The notes: generated by a model from the sequence alone, not told the origin. DNA of 41,436 bases from Gammaproteobacteria bacterium (GCA_023136715.1 JAGLQT010000073.1:1-41436); one strand, 5' to 3'. Shown: positions 19,299 to 26,109, numbered from the stretch's first letter. Program-made: numbers and translations.

Positions 19299-20579
19299 CT
19301 AGAAGCCAACCGCCAGTTGAACCGTCAGGCGATCATCATCATCCGCTGAATCCTGTGCACTCCTGTCCCAAAACTCAACAAAACCTTTTATATTTTGTTC
19401 GAAGTAGTAGGCAACATTTAGCACCAGTTCATCATAGCTATCTGCACCATTATTTTTCTCATAGCTATCGAAACGTATCAGCGGTACCCAGGTTGGTGCG
19501 CCACTGGCCGCTTTAAAGACATGATAAGCCTGAACACTCATCGCATCATTGTCATTTTCGGTACCTGTTTGAGCTGCTGAACCATCATCGCTGGCTGAGA
19601 CAAACATCAACTGTACACGTGTGTTGCCGATATCAGCCTGGGCATCCAGACCAATCCTTGTGTACTCCAGTTCAGCATCAGATGCTGTCTGGTTAGGTCG
19701 TGAAGATACTACTTCACCTACTGCGCCACCGTTACAGTCGGAATCAATATCAACAATATCAGCAGCAGAACAGGTATGAGCAGCAACTTGGCCATTGACC
19801 ATGAAGCCACCAATCATGATGTCCTTGGTAACATCAAAGGCAACACGTGCATGAATCGTACTGGCATCTTTACCTTCTGAAACATCAGTAGAATCAGAAC
19901 CTGCGGGGCTATCAGCCTGAGCAGAAATACCTACACTGTAGAACAACTGATCTATAGGTCTGCCTGTCAATACCAGATTTTGTCTGCGACTGTTTAAGCT
20001 GCCATCGTAGCCATCAAATGCCTGGTTCATCGCACCGGTACCCGCACGGGTCATACGGAAATGAAGACCAAACAGCCCATAGGGATCTGCACGCATCATC
20101 TCCCCCCAGGTAAACTGAAGATTCAAAGCTTTGCTATGGTTATACGCAAGTACAGCCGATGGTATACCAATCTCAAAACCGTATGCATTTTGAGCTTCGT
20201 CCTCTGCTTCCAGTTCAAAGAAACCTGACCAGTTCTCACCGACGGCACCAGCAACAACAATTTCTGCCTCATGCAGAGCACGCGTGTTCGCAGCTTCAGC
20301 GCTGTCTTTCTTGTCATAAGGTCGCGCAAAGATTAAGGCAGAAACACCAACACTATTTTCTTCCGCTAAATCCTTAAACGACATACGATCGCCATCCGGC
20401 ATTCGATAACCCAGCTCTTTGTACACTCGGCCTTTCTTACTCAGCTGAGGCCATGCATTGTGGCAATACGAGCAATTTTTACCCGTATCTCTCGCGAATG
20501 ATGGAACCGCCTCTGCCGTGAGCGTCGCAAATGCGAACCCAACCGCAGTTAATATTGTTACTATGTTTCTTATTTTCAT
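19299..20579 (-). CDS. fused monoheme cytochrome c / outer-membrane beta-barrel protein (Cyc2-like architecture)
   Basis: Signal peptide MKIRNIVTILTAVGFAFATLTAEA. One CxxCH (C36SYCH40) sits in SFARDTGKNCSYCHNAWPQLSKKGRVYKELGY. About 370 aa of amphipathic strand-like sequence follow with no TM helix, ending ...RLTVQLAVGF (C-terminal Phe). GAGGAG lies 6 nt before the ATG. The ORF is near certain; the Cyc2 assignment is moderate. Confidence 0.55.
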   Translation of the reverse strand: MKIRNIVTILTAVGFAFATLTAEAVPSFARDTGKNCSYCHNAWPQLSKKGRVYKELGYRMPDGDRMSFKDLAEENSVGVSALIFARPYDKKDSAEAANTRALHEAEIVVAGAVGENWSGFFELEAEDEAQNAYGFEIGIPSAVLAYNHSKALNLQFTWGEMMRADPYGLFGLHFRMTRAGTGAMNQAFDGYDGSLNSRRQNLVLTGRPIDQLFYSVGISAQADSPAGSDSTDVSEGKDASTIHARVAFDVTKDIMIGGFMVNGQVAAHTCSAADIVDIDSDCNGGAVGEVVSSRPNQTASDAELEYTRIGLDAQADIGNTRVQLMFVSASDDGSAAQTGTENDNDAMSVQAYHVFKAASGAPTWVPLIRFDSYEKNNGADSYDELVLNVAYYFEQNIKGFVEFWDRSAQDSADDDDRLTVQLAVGF

Positions 20580-20936
20580 TAATTACTCCTCGATTTTTTA
20601 TTTTTGATCGAATAACTCCCCCATTGAACAACAAACATCGTTGCTCTAGTACCAATAGTACTCCCAGTAAACCTTATAATCTAATATAGATCAATTAATT
20701 ACCAATTAAACATTAAATAACTTCAGATAGTTAACGCATTTTTTATATGGTATCTAAATAGAGATTGAGCGCTGTTTAGAATAGATTTTTGATCTTTTTT
20801 AACGAGAGAGAATCAACATTCGTTGATCCACCCACAAAGCGAGGTGATTTTTCAGCTCAGCAAACGTGAGCTTTTGAGGAAAGCGCTTTTGTCCTTTTTA
20901 TTATTGCTCACTATCTTACAAGCAATGAACTAACAT

Positions 20937-21782
20937 TTATTTCACGGGCAATAAAGCATTACGTAAATCATAAACAATGCGATGCGTGTTGTGACAACGC
21001 GCGCACACAGTCACAGCAATTTCACCCATTAGTTTCTGACTGTCTTTCACCAATCCTTTACTGATGTTTGACTGTAATATTTCAAGGCGTTGCTGGGTTG
21101 CCTTGCCCAGTATTCGCTCCCGTGGATAGGCATCATTTTTATGACAGGCAATACAACTATCGCCTAGGTTTTGTAACTGACTGGCAAGCGTTTTGCTGGA
21201 TTTCAATGCTACAGGGTTATGACCATCATCCAGCGCAATCAAAATTCGATTAACAGATTCAGATAGCTCTTCCATATTATCTTCAAAACTCTGCTGAGAT
21301 CCGTTGATGCCTTTAAGCTTTAGCTCATCGTAATGAGGTGAACGGTGCATCGCCGTCACCAGTGGCTGATAATCCTGATGACAATCATCACAGGTACGCT
21401 GGATCATTTTCAGTGTTTTAGCAACGCGGGGCGCATCGCCCTTTTCTGCAAACATCTCAAGCTCAGGCAATAATCGGGGCTTAATCTCTTTTTCCCACTC
21501 GGGCACCATATCAGCAATTTTGTTGTAATCTTTCTCTAAACGAGCGATCCACTTTGCCATGCCGGGCTGGTCATTCAATTTGGCATATTCACTAATAGCC
21601 TGCATTTCCCGTCGTAGTTTAAACATAGTATGCAACCATACCTGTCGCTTATTAGCCGGCTTGTACCATTTCTCCAGTGACGCGGGAGGCACATCGATGC
21701 TGACTGCTTTACCTGCATAAGCTGGCACAACACCGGCAGCCAGTACAAAAATTAAAAATAACAAAGCAGAGATAAATTTCAT
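20937..21782 (-). CDS. secreted triheme c-type cytochrome (helical, class II / cytochrome c'-like first domain)
   Basis: The start is taken at M59 of the track ORF, which gives a clean signal peptide (MKFISALLFLIFVLAAGVVPAYA/G). Three CxxCH motifs are present (CDDCHQDY, CIACHKNDAY, CARCHNTHR), each at the end of a predicted helical segment. Confidence 0.7.
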   Translation of the reverse strand: MKFISALLFLIFVLAAGVVPAYAGKAVSIDVPPASLEKWYKPANKRQVWLHTMFKLRREMQAISEYAKLNDQPGMAKWIARLEKDYNKIADMVPEWEKEIKPRLLPELEMFAEKGDAPRVAKTLKMIQRTCDDCHQDYQPLVTAMHRSPHYDELKLKGINGSQQSFEDNMEELSESVNRILIALDDGHNPVALKSSKTLASQLQNLGDSCIACHKNDAYPRERILGKATQQRLEILQSNISKGLVKDSQKLMGEIAVTVCARCHNTHRIVYDLRNALLPVK

Positions 21783-21903
21783 AGTATTACTGGGCCAAAG
21801 AAACAGGACATTGATGATACTATAAGTCATTCTATTGTCATCAAAAAAATTAAGGCCGCCTTCTACTATCCAGCAGTATTCCCGTATTTGCCTGCCTTTC
21901 TTC

Positions 21904-21944
21904 TGACGTAGATCATTAGTAATATACTGATATGCCGTTATGAT
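21904..21944 (+). promoter_or_regulatory. candidate FNR/CRP-family box (TGA-N6-TCA) with a TATGAT -10 upstream of the hemerythrin operon
   Basis: cTGACgtagATCAt spans 21903-21916 and matches TTGAT-N4-ATCAA at 7/10. TATGAT at 21939-21944 places the box centre near -41.5 relative to the inferred start site. This is pattern matching only. Confidence 0.25.
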
Positions 21945-21971
21945 TTCGCCGTTCAATAATGAGGTGTTCTA

Positions 21972-22412
21972 ATGAATATTAAAGAATTTATGGCACATGA
22001 CCACAAAGAATGTGACCGGCTTTTTGCCATTGCAGAGAGTGCAGCCGCTAGCGAAGATTGGGATACAGCGACTCAGACATTCAATGACTTTATCCAGGCC
22101 ATGGAACGACATCTTGGTGTTGAGGAAAATGAACTTTTCCCTGCCTTCGAAGAGGCTACCGGTATGACCATGGGACCAACTGAGATGATGCGTTCGGAAC
22201 ATGACCAGATGCGGGTGCTTTTTGCTGAGATGCGTGACGCCATGGAACGCCAGCACAGTGATGACTATCTGGGCATATCAGAAACGCTGTTGATATTGAT
22301 GCAACAACACAATATGAAGGAAGAGCAAATCCTCTATAACATGATGGATCAGCATCTGACAGATGACATCAGCCATTGGCAGCAAAAGTTTCAGGACTGG
22401 GACAAGAGCTAA
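21972..22412 (+). CDS. hemerythrin-domain protein
   Basis: 146 aa with repeated His/Glu cation-binding motifs (HDHKECDRLF, HLGVEENELFPAFE, RSEHDQM, QHNMKEEQILY). GAGG lies upstream. Confidence 0.85.
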   Translation: MNIKEFMAHDHKECDRLFAIAESAAASEDWDTATQTFNDFIQAMERHLGVEENELFPAFEEATGMTMGPTEMMRSEHDQMRVLFAEMRDAMERQHSDDYLGISETLLILMQQHNMKEEQILYNMMDQHLTDDISHWQQKFQDWDKS

Positions 22413-22684
22413 TGCCCAATGAGGTTTTACTGGATGTCAGCGAGCTAGCCCCGCCAGAACCTCTCACCCTGACACTCGAAGCCGCTGAACAACTGCAAGC
22501 CGGTCAATACCTGCGAATGTTGCACCGCCGTGAACCCTGCATGCTTTTCGGCAATCTCGACGACAATCATTTCAAATATTTTCAGCGCAAGGGCGCCATC
22601 TCTGCTGTCGAAGTCTTCATCTGGGCTGAAGATGATAAAGAAGCAGCCGAAGCTGTACAGGCAATAATAGACGCGCAAGACTAG
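22412..22684 (+). CDS. DUF2249-domain protein
   Basis: The start is taken at the ATG overlapping the hemerythrin stop (TAATG). The sequence LDVSELAPPEPLTLTLEAAEQLQAGQYLRMLHRREPCMLF is typical of DUF2249. Confidence 0.75.
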   Translation: MPNEVLLDVSELAPPEPLTLTLEAAEQLQAGQYLRMLHRREPCMLFGNLDDNHFKYFQRKGAISAVEVFIWAEDDKEAAEAVQAIIDAQD

Positions 22685-22689
22685 ATTTA

Positions 22690-23994
22690 ATGCACGCTAA
22701 TCTTTCACTACAGCAAGCTCCTCCCTTTTCCGTACCTGCACGATTTCTGGTCAGCGCCCCGCTGTTTGGCATGGTTGCGGCACTGGTCATGCTCTGGCAC
22801 GGGCCTGAGATGATTAGTCATCGCTGGACGCCTGAACTACTCGCCGTCACCCATTTCCTGACCCTGGGTTTTCTCGCCATGAGTATGCTGGGTGCCTTGA
22901 TGCAACTTATGCCCGTACTCATGGGCATGGTTATTCCACGAGCCATACTTTTTAGCAGCATGGTTCATACTCCACTATTTTTAGGTAGTGCCTGCTTAGG
23001 CCTGGCATGGCTGATTAATATTAACGAACTCTTCATCATTGCAATGGCGTTACTGGGGTTCTCTTTCACGATTTTTATCGTGGTAGTAACCGAGCGTTTA
23101 TTGCGTTCAAAAAATAGACACGTCACACGAAGCATGATGATGCTGGCATTGTTCGCCTTATTCATCACCGCCATTCTTGGTATCTACCTGGCCATGGGCT
23201 ATGCATCAGCAGACTTTTCACTGGCACGGCAATTAACTGATTTGCATTTGAGCTGGGGGCTGCTCGGCTGGGTAGCGCTGCTAATTATGGCCGTTGCCTA
23301 TCAGGTCATCCCCATGTTCCAGATCACCGATGAATACCCGGCCAGACATCAACGTTGGATGGGGTGGTCACTGTTCATCGCCCTGCTCGCCCTGAGTCTG
23401 GCTTATAACTGGCCATCGGAAATACTAAAATCCATCTCACAGATATTCCTCGCCGCCTGTTTGCTGATATTTGCACTCACCACCCTGTGGGTACTTCAGA
23501 CACGCCGTCGCCAGATACCTGACCTGACCATGATGTTCTGGCAACTTGCCATGGTCAGCCTTATTTTGCTGATACTGGCCTGGGCGATAGCCACATTGAT
23601 GAATTTTGATTTACCGGTACTACTGGGCGTACTGATCATTCACGGCTTCGCCATGACCACCATCACAGGCATGATGTATAAAATCATCCCCTTTCTTATC
23701 TGGTTACACCTGAGCACGCGTAATAAAAATTTACGTGACAAAGGCGAGAGAACTTCACAGGTAAAAGTGCCGCACATGCGAAAAATTATTCCGGAGGCCG
23801 CTGGCCTATGGCAATTTCGCCTTCATTCGATCAGCCTGGTATTGCTGATCCTGGCTGCCATCTGGCCAGACTGGTTTTTTTATCCAGCCACCTTAGTATT
23901 TTTCATAGCTCAGACGGCATTATTCTTTAATTTATCAAAGGCCGTTTATTTTTATAATGCAAAGATTGCTGAACTTGAAACTCAGCAGTCTTAG
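22690..23994 (+). CDS. 12-TM integral membrane protein with a threefold internal repeat (possibly NnrS-like); function unknown
   Basis: 434 aa with about 12 hydrophobic helices. The motif G-[FW]-x6-[GA]-x3-[QK]-x-[MI]-P occurs with identical spacing at residues 60-75, 193-208 and 319-334, each preceded by a His (H55, H186, H318). It starts 5 nt after the DUF2249 gene. Confidence 0.6.
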   Translation: MHANLSLQQAPPFSVPARFLVSAPLFGMVAALVMLWHGPEMISHRWTPELLAVTHFLTLGFLAMSMLGALMQLMPVLMGMVIPRAILFSSMVHTPLFLGSACLGLAWLININELFIIAMALLGFSFTIFIVVVTERLLRSKNRHVTRSMMMLALFALFITAILGIYLAMGYASADFSLARQLTDLHLSWGLLGWVALLIMAVAYQVIPMFQITDEYPARHQRWMGWSLFIALLALSLAYNWPSEILKSISQIFLAACLLIFALTTLWVLQTRRRQIPDLTMMFWQLAMVSLILLILAWAIATLMNFDLPVLLGVLIIHGFAMTTITGMMYKIIPFLIWLHLSTRNKNLRDKGERTSQVKVPHMRKIIPEAAGLWQFRLHSISLVLLILAAIWPDWFFYPATLVFFIAQTALFFNLSKAVYFYNAKIAELETQQS

Positions 23995-24062
23995 TTACTG
24001 TGACATATTGACCATTAAGGTTAAAATACAAAAAAAATATAACTAACCATCTACAACTTCCT

Positions 24063-24446
24063 ATGAACCAACTAGACGAATTAATACAACAAATAAAATC
24101 CAGACCTGAAAGCATCGAATTTCAGGACGTCATTAAGCACATCGATAAATCCTATGATTACACCCCTACCCAGTTTAGCAATGGCAATGCTGACGATTGC
24201 GTCACCAGCAAAGCAGGAGAGAATGAAGGCTCCTGTAAAATCTTTGCTTTCGGCTTGCTGAACAAGCTTGACGAAATACAAACCCTGAACTGCTTCGGCC
24301 AATATTATCGTGATGACGTATTGAAACACCCGGAAAACACAGATCATGCGAACATTCGCACTTTTATAAAACATGGCTGGAAAGATATAGTCTTTGACAA
24401 CATTGCACTAAAAAAACTGCATGATAAAAACATAGGCACCGCATAG
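24063..24446 (+). CDS. HopJ-family protein
   Basis: 127 aa. IEFQDVIKHIDKSYDYTPTQFSNG...GENEGSCKIFAFGLLNKL...YYRDDVLKHPENTDHANIR matches the HopJ type III effector family as recalled. Confidence 0.7.
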   Translation: MNQLDELIQQIKSRPESIEFQDVIKHIDKSYDYTPTQFSNGNADDCVTSKAGENEGSCKIFAFGLLNKLDEIQTLNCFGQYYRDDVLKHPENTDHANIRTFIKHGWKDIVFDNIALKKLHDKNIGTA

Positions 24447-24484
24447 CACAACAGGCCTTATATCTTCACAAGGAATCAGAAAAC

Positions 24485-25786
24485 CTATAAACCGCCTTTA
24501 CCTGTTGTTTTAACAATCAGCCAGGTAGCACCTATAGCAACAAGCAATAAAGCCGCCGCTGCCGCAACATTATTTAATAATTGTGGCGACACAAGCAGCA
24601 TTGACCCCAGCAGCAACATCATCACACCAGACAATAACTTTAATACCATTCCCTCGTGCTCAGAAAGTTTTCTTGAGCCCAGCTTCACAGTGAACAAAAC
24701 AACAATACTCAATAAAGGCAAAATATAAATCAGGTTATAAAGAACTAAATACAAATAATAACTTTCAGCGGGCAACGACCTTAAAGTCAAAATTCGTGTA
24801 TACACCATGGGAAACCCAGCCGTACACAATAGTTCATAACTATTTGCAACCACAGCTAAAACAATCGTAGCCGCCATAACTGTTGCCATTGAATCCAGAC
24901 GTAACAAGTTACGCATACGATCAAACAGCTTTGGCTTTGCATCATCAGAAATACTCAATGAAAAACCTTTTTTAAACCAGAAAAAGTCTTTGATATTTAC
25001 TAGCGCAATAAGAATAGCAATACTACCTGCAATTAATGTAATTAAACGCAGCTCACCTAAATAGATAAACAAATTTAACCAGGCCGCCATAAATAAAAAA
25101 TAGATAGCGCCTGAAAAAAATACAAAAACCCCGCCAATTAGTGCCATCCTGCTCCGACTTCGAGCGTGTACCATCATGCTAAGCAGAAACAGCAATACGA
25201 AAAAAGCACAGGGATTAAAGGCGTCCATGCCAGCAATAAGCACGGTTAACACAGGCAGGGAATAATTATCTGAGGATATATTACCCAATACGGGTATATC
25301 CACCGACGTTAATTCATTCTGATCAAATGTAAAGAGAATCCCATTATCAGGCTCATATTCTTTAGCAAACTGATAACACGCCTGCAAATGTGCTCTCAAC
25401 AACTGCCCAGTTGTTTTTTGGCTGTCATAACCCGTAATTGAGTTCCCGCAAAACATAAATGCCGGCACCGTATTTGCTTCACCGCCAAGTCGTGCCGCCA
25501 TATCAACAAAAGTTTTAACATTTTCCTGATGATGCACTAACTCTAAGGAATGCAGTTTCAACCATGGATACTCTTTATCCATCTCAATAATATCGGGTTG
25601 AGCCTGCAAACAATGAGGGCATTTTTCCGACCAGAAAAAATATAGGTGAATAATCGGCTGTTCATTGATATCTTTTTCATACCAGACAGGTTCACTTGAA
25701 GCTAAAGCATTAGTAACTGGCGAAACAAAGAGAACTAATACAATTAGTAAAAGCACACCAATTTTTTTGATTTCACCTGCGATCAT
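24485..25786 (-). CDS. thioredoxin-fold domain fused to a CcdA/DsbD-like multi-pass membrane thiol-disulfide transporter
   Basis: Signal/anchor sequence, then a periplasmic Trx-like domain with CPHC (FFWSEKCPHCLQAQPD). About 8 TM helices follow with membrane-embedded Cys motifs (DAFNPCAFF and ELLCTAGFP), as in CcdA/DsbD cores. Confidence 0.7.
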   Translation of the reverse strand: MIAGEIKKIGVLLLIVLVLFVSPVTNALASSEPVWYEKDINEQPIIHLYFFWSEKCPHCLQAQPDIIEMDKEYPWLKLHSLELVHHQENVKTFVDMAARLGGEANTVPAFMFCGNSITGYDSQKTTGQLLRAHLQACYQFAKEYEPDNGILFTFDQNELTSVDIPVLGNISSDNYSLPVLTVLIAGMDAFNPCAFFVLLFLLSMMVHARSRSRMALIGGVFVFFSGAIYFLFMAAWLNLFIYLGELRLITLIAGSIAILIALVNIKDFFWFKKGFSLSISDDAKPKLFDRMRNLLRLDSMATVMAATIVLAVVANSYELLCTAGFPMVYTRILTLRSLPAESYYLYLVLYNLIYILPLLSIVVLFTVKLGSRKLSEHEGMVLKLLSGVMMLLLGSMLLVSPQLLNNVAAAAALLLVAIGATWLIVKTTGKGGL

Positions 25787-25861
25787 TATTTTTTTATTAA
25801 GCCAGCATTGTATGCTTACTATACAAGAATTAAGTTATACCGTGAACGTTGAATGCCAGGT

Positions 25862-25883
25862 GGTGGGATAGTGGCCGAACCTA
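25862..25883 (-). repeat. partial copy of the tRNA-Phe 3' end (same orientation as the gene)
   Basis: GTGGCCGAACCT at 25872-25883 is identical to 26036-26047. With the upstream TGGTGG (25862-25867) it reconstitutes TGGTGG/CCGAACCT, interrupted by an 8-nt insert. Confidence 0.6.
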
Positions 25884-25950
25884 GAAAAAATCATCAGGAA
25901 TGATTTTTCATGAGCGATAGCGAACCCGAAGGGTGAGGCTTATGGATGAG

Positions 25951-25981
25951 CCGAATAATTTAACCAGCCTGGTTCAATTCG
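25951..25981 (+). repeat. inverted, truncated tRNA-Phe-like fragment (5' acceptor half plus T-arm)
   Basis: GCCGAATA (25951-25958) and CCTGGTTCAATTC (25969-25981) match the sense-strand 5' end and T-arm of the adjacent tRNA-Phe. D-arm, anticodon arm and 3' acceptor are missing. Confidence 0.5.
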
Positions 25982-26033
25982 ATTCAAGTCTAGTAATGAG
26001 TAAACTGGGATATTGTAGAACGAAAGTAAAAAG

Positions 26034-26109
26034 TGGTGGCCGAACCTGGAATTGAACCAGGGACACGCGGATTTTCAATCCGCTGCTCTACCAACTGAGC
26101 TATTCGGCC
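26034..26109 (-). tRNA. tRNA-Phe (anticodon GAA)
   Basis: The reverse complement folds into a full cloverleaf: acceptor GGCCGAA/UUCGGCC, D stem GCUC/GAGC, anticodon stem GCGGA/UCCGC with loop UUGAAAA, T stem CCUGG/CCAGG with loop UUCAAUU, and an encoded CCA. 76 nt. Confidence 0.97.

Noticed and set aside
21811-21844. Inverted repeat TTGATGATA-N16-TGTCATCAA upstream of the triheme cytochrome gene, considered as an FNR site.
   Set aside because: The half-sites resemble TTGAT/ATCAA, but they are about 24 bp apart rather than 4. The sequence is AT-rich and could arise by chance. It is kept only as a possible operator of unknown type.
21783-21956. N-terminal 58-aa extension of the triheme cytochrome ORF (track ORF starts at 21956).
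   Set aside because: The extension has no signal peptide. It would bury the clear signal sequence MKFISALLFLIFVLAAGVVPAYA internally, and c-type cytochromes must be exported. The internal ATG at 21782 is preferred.
19299-26109. The idea that the redox/HopJ/Trx block is a genomic island integrated at tRNA-Phe.
   Set aside because: There is no integrase, transposase, phage or conjugation gene. No long direct repeat of the tRNA 3' end was seen at a distal boundary, only the local fragments within about 170 bp. No obvious compositional break is visible by eye.
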